Counted from the stretch's first letter, positions 1 to 10,079 are shown. The stretch is 64,000 bases of DNA from Escherichia coli (GCF_045037415.1 NZ_CP173440.1); one strand, 5' to 3'. Translations and numbers: made by a program. Notes: generated by a model not told the origin, from the sequence alone.

Positions 1-277
1 GGGAGATAACAGAGAAGTGTGACGTATCCCCGGACAATGCGGTCAGCTGGCCGAGTTCCAGAACCAGATGGAAATCAACATTGTTTTTGGATACCTCAGT
101 CGCCGGAATAATGCATACAGAAATTGCAGAGCTCAGGGACGTAACGGGAATTTTAATGTTTTCCTGTTTAGCGCCCGTGAAGAAAAGCACTTTGTCAAAG
201 TCATGAAGGGAAACCCCCTCAAGGCTTCCGATATTTTCATAATCAATCAGGGCAATTCTGGTTTTGGAACTGAGCAT
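1..277 (-). CDS. hypothetical protein, N-terminal part only (runs off left edge); possible NYN/PIN-like fold
   Basis: Not in ORF track because no stop lies in the window. ATG at 277-275 follows a GGGAGAG SD and stays open to position 1 (MLSSKTRIALIDYENIGSLEG...). ORF 68..379 is its antisense artefact. Confidence 0.55.
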   Translation of the reverse strand, partial: MLSSKTRIALIDYENIGSLEGVSLHDFDKVLFFTGAKQENIKIPVTSLSSAISVCIIPATEVSKNNVDFHLVLELGQLTALSGDTSHFSVIS

Positions 278-333
278 TATTCTCTCCCGAAAAAACAGGT
301 TGGACTAAATATCAACTTAATCACCACCAGCAG

Positions 334-389
334 CCCAAAAGTAACTTTTGGGCCTATGTACACTCCCGCCACCCGGTAAAAGTGACTTT
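334..389. promoter_or_regulatory. two copies of the plasmid-wide palindrome AAAGTWACTTT
   Basis: 19-bp perfect palindrome CCCAAAAGTAACTTTTGGG (334-352) and AAAGTGACTTT (379-389), 57-110 nt upstream of the minus-strand start at 277. Confidence 0.6.
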
Positions 390-407
390 TTACGGCGCAA
401 ATACTGA

Positions 408-827
408 CTAAACGTGCTGGTTCTGATTAAACATGGCTACGGCCATTGGTCTGGAACCACTGGTATCATCTACCTCTACGGCAATATCTATCCAATGGTC
501 GGGGTCGGATACCCAGTCAATCAGCTCTTTAAGGGACAGGCTGTATCTGAACTTAATTTTCTTAATGCTGTCATTGCCAAACCAGTTAATTCGGTTCACA
601 TGCTGTTTGATGTAGTACACATCCCATGAGCCATGGCCCAAAAAGTCCTTACCCCACTGCCGCTTATGCTCTCGCCAGTCACAGGGCAGAACGTCTGCAC
701 GAAAAAGACTGTCTGTTATCTGATAGATATCTGAAAACCCGACCTCGCTATCGGGGATCGTTTCCAGGTACAGGTATCCGGCAACCGGATGCTTCGTGCT
801 AATGACCACGTGTTTCGAGCTCATCAT
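408..827 (-). CDS. hypothetical protein
   Basis: 139-aa ORF with no competing frame. Confidence 0.6.
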   Translation of the reverse strand: MMSSKHVVISTKHPVAGYLYLETIPDSEVGFSDIYQITDSLFRADVLPCDWREHKRQWGKDFLGHGSWDVYYIKQHVNRINWFGNDSIKKIKFRYSLSLKELIDWVSDPDHWIDIAVEVDDTSGSRPMAVAMFNQNQHV

Positions 828-1372
828 AGTTCCGTTTTCCGTATGAACAGTCCTAACGCCAATAATCCAGTTATATCAAAATTTGTTTCAGAAATTCCTG
901 AATAACAGGACAAAAAAAATCCAGAGAGGAAAGAAATGCGGGACAAAAAGGGTCTTTCAGGATCGCTTATTTTGATATCGTCTATTAACTATTCCATCCC
1001 GAGATGTTCAAATGACGCCAGTATGCAGCGCGGGAAATGTGAAAACAGAATGTGCAGCAAGAAGAAAACGACATAGAAGGAGAGGGAGGCTCATTCACAT
1101 CACTGATGACAGCTATATTAACAGCAGAATGCTTGATCAGATATCCGACGACGTGATGTATCAGGAAGCATTCAGAAAAGGAACTTAACGACGAACGTAA
1201 AAAAACACACTCCACGGCCTTAAAGTACCTTTAAGTCGGGAAAAACCAAAATTTTCTATGTTAGATTATTATCTGTTTTAGTAGGCCAGAACTAAACCAG
1301 TGCCCTGTCTGGTAAAAGGGAGTGGCGGTAGCTTCTGAAAATTCAGTTTAACTTCCAGATTATTCAAGCGGG

Positions 1373-1732
1373 ATGTATATGCATGCAACTCATCTGACGA
1401 AAAAATTTAATGTTTTGGCGGTCGTCTATTTCACAATCATTGCTTGTGGTCAGATTGTTCTGTTCCCTCATTCTCAGCCCATTTTCCTGTTCCTCGTGAC
1501 TATGGCTATGGCGGTTCGCTTATTTGCCCTGCGGCCTCAATATAAAAATTTACGATTTCTGGTTTTGTCCATCATCTCACACCACCTTGTTTTTACCATT
1601 CTTTCACTCATCCAACTCTATATCGATGCCAGGTATAGCAGGGCAAGTTTCATTGAGTATCAAATGGTTTATGCGCCTTTGCTCATCGGGATGGGATATG
1701 TGTATTTCAACGTCTGGAGAGCGCGTACCTAA
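1373..1732 (+). CDS. putative small membrane protein
   Basis: 119-aa ORF with 3-4 hydrophobic helices. Confidence 0.45.
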   Translation: MYMHATHLTKKFNVLAVVYFTIIACGQIVLFPHSQPIFLFLVTMAMAVRLFALRPQYKNLRFLVLSIISHHLVFTILSLIQLYIDARYSRASFIEYQMVYAPLLIGMGYVYFNVWRART

Positions 1733-2112
1733 CATCCTTCCGACTTCTTTGGTTAAAAGAGCCTGCATGAATTGTTCTACCCACAAAGCCATACCGCTGA
1801 CCTTTTCTTGTGAAGTGGCAACAGGTACAGGTGTCCCCGTTAAGGTGTCAGACTGTTGTACGTTACCGGGTTAATAACGAGTATCGGGAATTGACCAGCG
1901 ATACTCATTAGATAGGATTAAACATGTTGATTAACAATAAAGTTAAAAAATAAATAAAGGCAAAAAGAAAGAAGGCGTCCAAAATATTTTGGACGTGCCA
2001 TTACATCGAAAAGAAATATCCTCAACCTATTTTTATAGCCCTTTTTTGGTTACCTTGGCTTCCTTTAATAGCATATATAAAGCTATTCCCGCAATTTTCT
2101 CCTTTAATTGCA

Positions 2113-2430
2113 TTGGCGATATACGGACTTGGGATTATAACAATACTTTCTGTATGGTTCTATTTGGATTTTCCTAAAAGCTGGATTGATTCACTGGACC
2201 GTCAAATTTTGAAGTACCGGTCAGATATGTCATTCATTGATGAGCTCAAAGATGTACACACTGATGATTTTATTGAACATGGCAAGGAAATACTAACGAT
2301 TAGCGACATTCAATATTGGGCTAATGACCAAGAATGGCAACTGGATAAACTACATAGAAAATATAGTCGCGTCAAAATCAAAAAAGAGGTGGTTGTTAAC
2401 CTTAAAAGTTTTGAAAGTAAAAAGGACTGA
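2113..2430 (+). CDS. hypothetical protein with N-terminal TM helix
   Basis: 105-aa ORF; hydrophobic N-terminus, charged C-terminus. Confidence 0.45.
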   Translation: MAIYGLGIITILSVWFYLDFPKSWIDSLDRQILKYRSDMSFIDELKDVHTDDFIEHGKEILTISDIQYWANDQEWQLDKLHRKYSRVKIKKEVVVNLKSFESKKD

Positions 2431-2462
2431 TATCCATTCATTAATTTTCAATTATCAAATTG

Positions 2463-2479
2463 CAGAAAGTTACTTTCTG
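2463..2479. promoter_or_regulatory. palindromic motif copy CAGAAAGTTACTTTCTG
   Basis: 17-bp perfect palindrome ending 8 nt before ATG 2488. Confidence 0.6.
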
Positions 2480-2487
2480 GGGGATCT

Positions 2488-3066
2488 ATGTCTGAAAAGA
2501 TAATCAAAAGGGGGGGGGAGCTCATAGAGTTGCCCTCTCATAACAACAATGCCGTAAAAACCGAGATGCAGACCAGGACAGAAAAACCCAAAACGAAAAT
2601 CACCAAAGCGCAAAGAGAAGAACTCAGATTAAAATTTGCGTGCAGGTGTGCCTACTGCGGCTGTGAGCTGAAGGAAAAGGGCTGGCATGCCGATCATGTA
2701 GAGCCAGTTCGTAGAGATTTCGATATAGTTCGCGCGCCCCAGGGGAGTAGGGTGAGTCACGTTGCACGAAGCAATGGACGAGTATTTCATCCTGATCGCC
2801 ATGATTTAGATAATCTTTTCCCCGCGTGTTCAGCATGCAACCTTTTCAAAGCGACATATTCAATCGAAGGATTCAGGGAACAGATTGCCCACCAGCCTGA
2901 GCGTGCTCAGGCATACTCAGTCAATTTCCGCACAGCCCAACGATTTGGGCTGGTAACGGTTATTGAGAAACCTGTGGTTTTCTGGTTTGAGGCGTACGAT
3001 GCCTCAAAAGAACTTGAACCCCAGCTTTCTTATTTTTTGGCACACCGGGAGGCTTATCAGGATTGA
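2488..3066 (+). CDS. HNH endonuclease
   Basis: CAYCGCEL...WHADHVEP...NLFPACSACNLFK is the Cys4/HNH signature. Confidence 0.8.
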   Translation: MSEKIIKRGGELIELPSHNNNAVKTEMQTRTEKPKTKITKAQREELRLKFACRCAYCGCELKEKGWHADHVEPVRRDFDIVRAPQGSRVSHVARSNGRVFHPDRHDLDNLFPACSACNLFKATYSIEGFREQIAHQPERAQAYSVNFRTAQRFGLVTVIEKPVVFWFEAYDASKELEPQLSYFLAHREAYQD

Positions 3067-3371
3067 GGTTTGCTGTCTTTTCTTGGACTGATGTCGGCTT
3101 CTTTAATCCGTTCCTCAGCTTGCATTCCGGTATAGATACATATAGCACTATTGTAATTATTAAAAGCAATCTGACTTTTGAAATCACAAAAATATGCAGG
3201 GTTCTTTGTCGCTATAGTATCGCCTTTCTGGCACTTCCCCTTCAGGCCTTCAATCAATGAGTCATTATCGGTGCCCATACATGCTTTGCCAGTTGGGGTT
3301 ATACCTTCTTCCTTACAGCCAGAAAGAAAGACTGTGGCACAGATCAACACTGTAAGCATTTTTTTTTGCAT
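3057..3371 (-). CDS. putative lipoprotein
   Basis: MQKKMLTVLICATVFLSGC: signal peptide plus lipobox (LSGC). The track ORF starts 9 nt further upstream. Confidence 0.6.
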   Translation of the reverse strand: MQKKMLTVLICATVFLSGCKEEGITPTGKACMGTDNDSLIEGLKGKCQKGDTIATKNPAYFCDFKSQIAFNNYNSAICIYTGMQAEERIKEADISPRKDSKPQS

Positions 3372-3474
3372 TGTTCCCATTCCCTGTTATACATGGTTTT
3401 TCAATTATAGACATTACCTGGTCTGATGCATCTACCAGTAATTGTATCGCGTCTATCTGGCTTAATGCCTCAAC

Positions 3475-3906
3475 ATGGTAAAAACGGATAAACGCATGCC
3501 ATCTCAGCTCCCCCTTGACCCAAAACTTCCGGCCAATTTTGATGACACCCCTAATAGTGAACGAAGCAAAGAACAGCTAGATGAATGGTGGGATCATCCT
3601 TATGGGATCACTAAACCAGACGGCTCATTTACTGACAGATGTCTTAACGGTGGAGCGAGGGACCGCTCATCGGTGCTTGGAAAGGTAAGAACTTACGAAG
3701 AGGCTTGTGTCCTGGCTCACGACGCCCAGGCAAAATGGGTCAATACCCGTCTGAAACCTATCTTCATGTACTCTAACGAACCGCCCTTCAGGCTAGTGGT
3801 TCAGTCCCCGCGACCAGATTACGAAGAAAGCATCATTGGGGAGTTCAATACTATTGATGAAATTAATTTGTTCTTGTTAAAGCAGCACCCCACCCGAACT
3901 ACTTGA
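3475..3906 (+). CDS. hypothetical protein
   Basis: 143-aa ORF. Confidence 0.55.
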   Translation: MVKTDKRMPSQLPLDPKLPANFDDTPNSERSKEQLDEWWDHPYGITKPDGSFTDRCLNGGARDRSSVLGKVRTYEEACVLAHDAQAKWVNTRLKPIFMYSNEPPFRLVVQSPRPDYEESIIGEFNTIDEINLFLLKQHPTRTT

Positions 3907-4065
3907 ATTACCTCCGACCATCGACACAAAACTCATTGATCTTGAGACCCTGGCCTGGTATGGGAAAGAGCTTGATCTCGCTGCCTCCAGACTAAAGGCT
4001 GAGCTTATGGCCATTTCTGTTTTGCGTGAGGAGGTCAGTATGGCCGTTCGGGTAATGACTCCAAC

Positions 4066-4569
4066 TTATTGATAGTGTTTTATGTTCAGATAATGCCCGA
4101 TGACTTTGTCATGCAGCTCCACCGATTTTGAGAACGACAGCGACTTCCGTCCCAGCCGTGCCAGGTGCTGCCTCAGATTCAGGTTATGCCGCTCAATTCG
4201 CTGCGTATATCGCTTGCTGATTACGTGCAGCTTTCCCTTCAGGCGGGATTCATACAGCGGCCAGCCATCCGTCATCCATATCACCACGTCAAAGGGTGAC
4301 AGCAGGCTCATAAGACGCCCCAGCGTCGCCATAGTGCGTTCACCGAATACGTGCGCAACAACCGTCTTCCGGAGCCTGTCATACGCGTAAAACAGCCAGC
4401 GCTGGCGCGATTTAGCCCCGACGTATCCCCACTGTTCGTCCATTTCCGCGCAGACGATGACGTCACTGCCCGGCTGTATGCGCGAGGTTACCGACTGCGG
4501 CCTGAGTTTTTTAAATGGCGGAAAATCGTGTTGAGGCCAACGCCCATAATGCGGGCGGTTGCCCGGCAT
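4066..4569 (-). CDS. insB: IS1 InsB (made as InsAB' by -1 frameshift)
   Basis: 167-aa ORF recognised as IS1 InsB. A-run frameshift site (TTTAAAAAAC on the coding strand) at about 4506-4515. Confidence 0.9.
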   Translation of the reverse strand: MPGNRPHYGRWPQHDFPPFKKLRPQSVTSRIQPGSDVIVCAEMDEQWGYVGAKSRQRWLFYAYDRLRKTVVAHVFGERTMATLGRLMSLLSPFDVVIWMTDGWPLYESRLKGKLHVISKRYTQRIERHNLNLRQHLARLGRKSLSFSKSVELHDKVIGHYLNIKHYQ

Positions 4570-4763
4570 CCAACGCCATTCATGGCCATATCAATGATTT
4601 TCTGGTGCGTACCGGGTTGAGAAGCGGTGTAAGTGAACTGCAGTTGCCATGTTTTACGGCAGTGAGAGCAGAGATAGCGCTGATGTCCGGCGGTGCTTTT
4701 GCCGTTACGCACCACCCCGTCAGTAGCTGAACAGGAGGGACAGCTGATAGAAACAGAAGCCAC
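4488..4763 (-). CDS. insA: IS1 InsA
   Basis: 91 aa, [43 protein letters not shown] (zinc finger plus HTH). Confidence 0.9.
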   Translation of the reverse strand: MASVSISCPSCSATDGVVRNGKSTAGHQRYLCSHCRKTWQLQFTYTASQPGTHQKIIDMAMNGVGCRATARIMGVGLNTIFRHLKNSGRSR

Positions 4764-4867
4764 TGGAGCACCTCAAAAACACCATCATACACTAAATCAG
4801 TAAGTTGGCAGCATCACCGGCCGTTCGTAGGAAAAAAGGAGACGCCAGTTAGCGGCGGACTGTGGGA

Positions 4868-5227
4868 TTACCGGCGTTTATCAATAGTGTCAACTATCAA
4901 GCTTATGTAAGCAGACCTCGAATCTTCACTGTCGGACTGTCTTGCATAGGCTTTTTTTATTGCTCCATCGGAGAGTGGATGCTTCATATTGAGGAATAAC
5001 ATTACCACCAACACATCAATACAGCGGGCGGATGCAAAATACTCATAGATATAATCGTACGTCGTTTTTTTAAAATCGCCCCCCACTGAGCCGAGGTCAA
5101 TCAGCGCTGCGATTATCTCTCCTGCCTCGCCATTCCTAACAGTTGGCTTCAACTGGCTTAGTTTTCGTTTCAGAGCCTCCTCGCGATCTCGTTGTTGCTG
5201 TAGATAATCAGAAAGGCTATTAAACAT
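4868..5227 (-). CDS. hypothetical protein
   Basis: 119-aa ORF. Confidence 0.5.
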   Translation of the reverse strand: MFNSLSDYLQQQRDREEALKRKLSQLKPTVRNGEAGEIIAALIDLGSVGGDFKKTTYDYIYEYFASARCIDVLVVMLFLNMKHPLSDGAIKKAYARQSDSEDSRSAYISLIVDTIDKRR

Positions 5228-5457
5228 TCAAACTGGTCCTGTGCATTCTCATCTCACCTATCATACGGACATTCTTAAAATCTTGGAACCAGGGAAAGAT
5301 ACGGTCGGATCTAGACCGGTAGTGGGGGAGTATCGACTTTTACCTTTCGAAAAAACAGTCGTTTTATAAAAGGGGTTGCAGCGTACCTAAAATAAGGTAC
5401 AATTTGTTTGAAAGGGAAGGCTACGGAGCCGCCCATTAACTGCCTAAGGAGGCGTTC

Positions 5458-5901
5458 ATGTCAACTATCCCTCAATTAGCTAAGCTGGGTTTTTCCTCAG
5501 ATGTTGTTCCTGTGATCAATACCCCAGCGCCCAATATGACTCGCGGATTTGAGCGCTTTCATATCAGCTATAACAGTTCATCTGCCGGGTATGGCTGCGA
5601 TACAACCGCTCTGGTTCTGGATGGCCGTGTGTTTTTCGTACTGAACGGGGACCATGCCTGTGATATGACCAAAGCTGCCGCAGCACGCGGTATCGATGGC
5701 TGCATTGACGTCTTCATAGACCGTATCGAGTCGGCTAGTCGACACAGCGAGCATAAAATGGCTATTGGTCTGACAAACGATGAGTTCGGATTGATGCCGA
5801 CCGCGCTCGCTGTCATCGGAGAAGAGAACATCCTCCGTCTTCTATCTGCTGTGACAGGAAACGTTCAGGACTTTTCAGCGTACGGTATTAATCAGGATTA
5901 A
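5458..5901 (+). CDS. hypothetical protein
   Basis: 147-aa ORF; AGGAGG SD 7 nt upstream. Confidence 0.6.
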   Translation: MSTIPQLAKLGFSSDVVPVINTPAPNMTRGFERFHISYNSSSAGYGCDTTALVLDGRVFFVLNGDHACDMTKAAAARGIDGCIDVFIDRIESASRHSEHKMAIGLTNDEFGLMPTALAVIGEENILRLLSAVTGNVQDFSAYGINQD

Positions 5902-5942
5902 CCATTCTCAGCCCCTACTGACCCATAACTTTTGAGGCTTGT

Positions 5943-6146
5943 ATGAAACTTGAAGATTTAACAGGTGACGACCGTACTCTGGTTGTAGTCGCTCTCCAGG
6001 CTCTTTTCCGGGAGCGAAGTAACTCATATCATGCAGCCTGCACCGCCTGCCAGCTTGCAGGCGAGAAACCACCAGCTGAGAATCTTTTTGGCGTGGAGGA
6101 AAGTATTTCGGCAATTCGCCGGATGGGAGCTCTCCCGCAGAGATGA
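5943..6146 (+). CDS. hypothetical protein
   Basis: 67-aa ORF; ATGA stop/start overlap with the next gene. Confidence 0.5.
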   Translation: MKLEDLTGDDRTLVVVALQALFRERSNSYHAACTACQLAGEKPPAENLFGVEESISAIRRMGALPQR

Positions 6147-6415
6147 AGCCAGATATGAAATCAACCAATGAGAACGAAAACAGACGCGGATTGCTCATCA
6201 GTGCAGGTCAGTTGCTGTTTGGTGAGCGCTGGCAAACAGAACTCGCCAGAGCCCTTGGACTGTCGGACGGCAGACGCATCCGGCAGTGGCTTTCTGGTGA
6301 CAGACCAATACCTGTCGGTATATGGGATGACCTGCGTGAACTCCTGGAGGACAGAAGCTCCAAAATGGAGCTGATAGTTAAACAGATTCAAGCCAGTAAG
6401 AAAGATAAAATGTAG
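6143..6415 (+). CDS. putative HTH DNA-binding protein
   Basis: WQTELARALGLSDGRRIRQWLSGDRPIP resembles a Cro/YdaS-type HTH. Confidence 0.5.
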   Translation: MKPDMKSTNENENRRGLLISAGQLLFGERWQTELARALGLSDGRRIRQWLSGDRPIPVGIWDDLRELLEDRSSKMELIVKQIQASKKDKM

Positions 6416-6447
6416 GTACCTGCAGCTGACCATTAACAGGAGGCATA

Positions 6448-6882
6448 ATGACGCAACAATTTTCTCCTCCGTATGAGGTGGTGGAAATGTCCCGGCGTAT
6501 TTTTGAAAATTTAATCTCCAGTACTCTTAAGACATCTGATACCACAGGAACCTGCATGTATGGTTCGATTCTGGTATCCATGCTCCTGGAGAAATTTTCA
6601 GGTGTCAGGACACGTATCGCCGGTGGAGATGGTGTTGATGATGGTGGAATACTTACTGCCGCCGGTATGAAAGGGCATTATTGGGTTGTTGCCAACGTAA
6701 ATGGAATGCTCTTTGTTGTCGATATCACGGCAGATCAGTTTGGCATGGACAAAATCGTATACAAAGGGCTAAAGGATGCTCCAGAGTATATTGAGGGCCA
6801 CCAAATCACCATTGATGAGCATGTTCATGAGACCCTTCACCAGATCATAGGAAGTTACAGTTCAGAATATAACCAGCTGTGA
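6448..6882 (+). CDS. hypothetical protein (possible Cys-His-Asp papain/transglutaminase-like fold)
   Basis: 144-aa ORF; GTCMYGS...GHYWVV...VVDITADQFG spacing suggests a C/H/D triad. Weak. Confidence 0.5.
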   Translation: MTQQFSPPYEVVEMSRRIFENLISSTLKTSDTTGTCMYGSILVSMLLEKFSGVRTRIAGGDGVDDGGILTAAGMKGHYWVVANVNGMLFVVDITADQFGMDKIVYKGLKDAPEYIEGHQITIDEHVHETLHQIIGSYSSEYNQL

Positions 6883-6970
6883 GTTCTATAAAAAAATTTG
6901 GCTATGTTTTAGGCGAAACTATTCGTTACTAAAGAAGAACAGCATCAGCAGAAAGAGGAGGGGAATTTTT

Positions 6971-7300
6971 ATGGATAAACGTTACGAGTTGGCTGACAAG
7001 CACGGGATGTCCCATGAATTCATCGACTGGTTTTTCGATAAAAAGAAGGATGGTTCTGGGGACCTGTGGTTTGTCATGATGTCGGCAATGTGGGAGGGCT
7101 ATAAAGCCCGGGACACCCATTCGACAAAAGCATTTGCGTACCACCAAGAGCAACAAAATTTTGAAGCATGGTGGGAACAGAACAACGAAGGGGGGCCTCT
7201 CTCTGGTTGGGAGAATCTCCGAGCTAAAGATGGATATAATGACGAAGACATTGACAAACAATGGGAGGCCTGGCTGGTCAGAGCTCGTTATACTGGTTAA
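6971..7300 (+). CDS. hypothetical protein
   Basis: 109-aa ORF, Trp-rich and acidic. Confidence 0.5.
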   Translation: MDKRYELADKHGMSHEFIDWFFDKKKDGSGDLWFVMMSAMWEGYKARDTHSTKAFAYHQEQQNFEAWWEQNNEGGPLSGWENLRAKDGYNDEDIDKQWEAWLVRARYTG

Positions 7301-7371
7301 AACCACAGATATTATTTGCGCTGGGTTAAATGAGTGATAAACTATCACGCAGATAACCTGTGGAGGCAATA

Positions 7372-8787
7372 ATGTCTGAATTTGATTCCCTTGCGGAAGA
7401 GCTGGTGGAAGAGGCACGTAATGAAGAGGCCAGACAACAGCAAAGGGACCTGTCCCTGATAGGGAAAGTCCTTGAAATCTATGATCAGAAGTTTGTTGCC
7501 GAACTTTTGCGTAAGCTGGGAAATTCAGACTGGACCAGGGAGACCCTGAACCGCTGGATTAACGGGAAATGTGGGCCACGTTCACTTACCGTAACTGAGG
7601 CATCGCTTCTTGAAAGACTGCTCCCGCAGCCGCCAGCAAACCATCCCAATTATGCTTTTCGCTTCATCGATCTCTTCGCCGGTATCGGCGGTATCCGTCA
7701 TGGGTTTGAAGCCATTGGCGGCCAGTGTGTTTTCACAAGTGAATGGAACAGCTATTCAGTCAAAACTTATAAAGCAAACTGGTACTGCGATCCCGAAGCG
7801 CATATCTTCAATTCGGACATCCGCGATGTGACACTCAGTCATAAGGAAGATGTCAGCGAAGAAGATGCCTACGCCCATATCGATAAATCGATACCCGATC
7901 ATGATGTTCTGCTGGCTGGTTTCCCGTGTCAGCCCTTTAGCCTTGCAGGTGTGAGCAAAAAAAACTCACTTGGCCGTAAACACGGTTTTGAATGTGACAC
8001 CCAGGGGACCCTATTCTTTGATGTGGCTCGTATCATCATGGCAAAAAAACCGGCCATCTTTGTACTCGAGAACGTCAAGAACCTCAAAAGCCATGATAAA
8101 GGGAAAACTTTCCGTGTCATTATGGATACCCTGAATGAGCTCGGTTACGACGTTGCTGATGCTGAAGCTACAGGTGCGGATGATCCAAAAGTTATAGATG
8201 GTAAGCATTTCATCCCTCAGCACCGGGAGCGTATTGTTCTGGTGGGCTTCAGACGTGACCTGAATTTAAGTCAGGGATTTAGCCTTGCTGACATTTCTTC
8301 GCTGTTTCCTGAAAGAAAAGTGCTGTTCAGAGAACTCCTTGACAGTGATGTTGATGATAAATACACACTAACGCCAAAGCTGTGGGATTATCTCTATAAA
8401 TACGCCAAAAAACACCAAGAGAAAGGTAATGGCTTTGGCTTTGGCCTGGTTAAACCAGACGATGATAAAGCTATTTCCAGAACAATATCAGCAAGGTATC
8501 ACAAAGATGGCAGTGAATCGCTTGTTGATCGTGGTTGGGATAGCGAACTCGGTGAAAAAAACTTTAATGACCCTGATAACATGGCCAGACGTCCTCGGCG
8601 TCTAACACCGCGTGAGTGTGCCCGGCTAATGGGATTTGAGCAGCCAGGGAAAGTAACTTTTCGAATCCCAGTATCCGATACTCAGGCTTACCGCCAGTTC
8701 GGAAATTCCGTCATCGTGCCGGTATTTGATGCGGTAGCGAAATTGCTGGAGTCACGGATCATCGAGGCTGTAAAGTCTCGGAAATAG
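7372..8787 (+). CDS. DNA cytosine-5 methyltransferase, Dcm/M.EcoRII-like (probably CCWGG)
   Basis: Motifs [10 protein letters not shown] (I), [11 protein letters not shown] (IV), ENVKNL (VI), QFGNSV (X). Near-collinear with Dcm/M.EcoRII as I recall them. ATG 7372 follows a GGAGG SD. Confidence 0.92.
   Translation: MSEFDSLAEELVEEARNEEARQQQRDLSLIGKVLEIYDQKFVAELLRKLGNSDWTRETLNRWINGKCGPRSLTVTEASLLERLLPQPPANHPNYAFRFIDLFAGIGGIRHGFEAIGGQCVFTSEWNSYSVKTYKANWYCDPEAHIFNSDIRDVTLSHKEDVSEEDAYAHIDKSIPDHDVLLAGFPCQPFSLAGVSKKNSLGRKHGFECDTQGTLFFDVARIIMAKKPAIFVLENVKNLKSHDKGKTFRVIMDTLNELGYDVADAEATGADDPKVIDGKHFIPQHRERIVLVGFRRDLNLSQGFSLADISSLFPERKVLFRELLDSDVDDKYTLTPKLWDYLYKYAKKHQEKGNGFGFGLVKPDDDKAISRTISARYHKDGSESLVDRGWDSELGEKNFNDPDNMARRPRRLTPRECARLMGFEQPGKVTFRIPVSDTQAYRQFGNSVIVPVFDAVAKLLESRIIEAVKSRK
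8650..8660. promoter_or_regulatory. intragenic copy of AAAGTAACTTT inside the methylase gene
   Basis: Exact motif encoding GKVTF, at a position where Dcm and M.EcoRII have different residues. Confidence 0.4.
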
Positions 8788-8795
8788 TACACTAA

Positions 8796-8815
8796 AAGAG
8801 CCCTGAGGGGCTCTT
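8796..8815. terminator. bidirectional hairpin between the convergent M and R genes
   Basis: AAGAGCCCTGAGGGGCTCTT GC-rich stem between stops at 8787 and 8877. Confidence 0.5.
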
Positions 8816-8876
8816 CATTTATCTGTGCAGGTATTGTTCTGTGCGCATAAAACATTCAATGATATTAGGGAAGACG

Positions 8877-10079
8877 TCAAGAATAGAGTTCCTTAATTTC
8901 ATTGATAAACGCAGACAAAGACATTAACTCTCCTCTAATTTCCTCGGGAAAGGCCTTATGTAACCCTTCCGGTACAACGAGTCGTATGCCCTCAGCCTGC
9001 ATTTCCCTGAACTGGGCGACAGATACGCCCTGCTGTAGGGTGAACAGGTGTACTGTATCTATTCTGTTAGCCTCATTCAGTACCTGCCGCCAGCGGTCCT
9101 TACAGGTTGTTTTTACCCCCAACATGCGTAACCGTTCTGCCGGGTAGTCAGGATCGCGATAGGCTGCACCGGAAGGGAAGATGAAATCGGGTTTTTTCTT
9201 ACCTTCTGTGGTGGCCTGCGTTTCGAAGCTCGTTGCGCCGTGTTCGGTGAAAAGGGACTCAAGATGTAGCTCAAGGCTTTTCCCGGCACGAGACTTCCTT
9301 CGGTTACTCACCGAGTTAGCAAGCGTAATAAAATCATTCACAGTTGCAAAACCTTTGGCTATCTGCCCCAACACGTGCAGTTCCTCAACGGCAAGGAAAA
9401 TTTCAAACTCAATTTTTCTTCTTCGCGTCAGTTGAGTATCCGGATCGCTTGTCTTTTTATCGTAATGGCATGCAGCAAAACCAATAATTTCCCTGCCTGA
9501 AGGGAAATAGTGATTCCATTCCGGTGGTAACTTATACTTTGTTCTTCCTGGAGGGGTCTCTGTAACGAACCCTCCAATTATTTTGTCTCCAGGGCCAAAT
9601 ATTGTTGCTCCCGGGATAACTTCACCAATTATTGGTTCAAGAATCTCTTCCTCGCTCAGGTCTTTGCACACCCAGACATCACAATAACTGGAAGATGTTC
9701 CTGGCATATGATCGAAGGCGAGAAGTGCCAGAGCGCCGGTATTCTCCGGATTCTGGAGAGGATTTTGTTTACCAAAACCCGTCAGACGCTTTTCATCACG
9801 GGTGCCGCCGAAAAATTTATTGTTGTAGTAAATGGCCCTTACATCATTTAGGTCAGGACAATCAGGATGAGATGACACGTGAACGGAAAAAAGAGCTTCG
9901 GGATTTCTTAACTGAGTATCACGGAGGGAGGGGAACAGCTCATCAATGACGGCACCCGGCATGTAAAGACCAGACTGGTGGGATTTTGTAGCGCCGGTAT
10001 CGTTAGCGGATAAGCGCTTAACGAATACCCAAACATTCGCAGAACACTTTGTTTGCAACCACTCCGCCAGAAGACTCAT
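8877..10079 (-). CDS. type IIE restriction endonuclease, EcoRII-like
   Basis: N-terminal VKRLSANDTGATKSHQSGLYMP effector domain. C-terminal ANSVSNRRKSRAGKSLELHLE, VKTTCKDRWRQVLNEA, HLFTLQQGVS match my recollection of R.EcoRII. Convergent with the methylase gene. Confidence 0.88.
   Translation of the reverse strand: MSLLAEWLQTKCSANVWVFVKRLSANDTGATKSHQSGLYMPGAVIDELFPSLRDTQLRNPEALFSVHVSSHPDCPDLNDVRAIYYNNKFFGGTRDEKRLTGFGKQNPLQNPENTGALALLAFDHMPGTSSSYCDVWVCKDLSEEEILEPIIGEVIPGATIFGPGDKIIGGFVTETPPGRTKYKLPPEWNHYFPSGREIIGFAACHYDKKTSDPDTQLTRRRKIEFEIFLAVEELHVLGQIAKGFATVNDFITLANSVSNRRKSRAGKSLELHLESLFTEHGATSFETQATTEGKKKPDFIFPSGAAYRDPDYPAERLRMLGVKTTCKDRWRQVLNEANRIDTVHLFTLQQGVSVAQFREMQAEGIRLVVPEGLHKAFPEEIRGELMSLSAFINEIKELYS

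Larger units (their letters stand above)
4051..4818 (-). mobile_element. IS1 (768 bp) with 9-bp target-site duplication
   Basis: Ends GGTAATGACTCCAACTTA... and ...GTTGGCAGCATCACC. Flanked by direct repeat GGCCGTTCG (4042-4050 and 4819-4827). Confidence 0.95.

Noticed and set aside
68-379. 103-aa plus-strand ORF at the left edge.
   Set aside because: It is antisense to a better minus-strand CDS (1..277) that has a strong SD. It ends in the palindromic motif (SSPKVTFG).
1219-1235. CTTAAAGTACCTTTAAG palindrome, considered as a variant operator. Also the wider-spaced AAAAGT-TGCC-ACTTTTT at 21525-41 and several 9-10/11 matches (16737, 26768, 32716).
   Set aside because: The spacing or core differs from the canonical motif, and near-matches at this stringency are expected by chance. 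They were not counted among the 29 copies.
4100-4792. Plus-strand ORFs inside IS1, and the mirror-image ORF sets inside both IS110 copies and the ISL3 element.
   Set aside because: They are antisense to well-recognised transposase genes.
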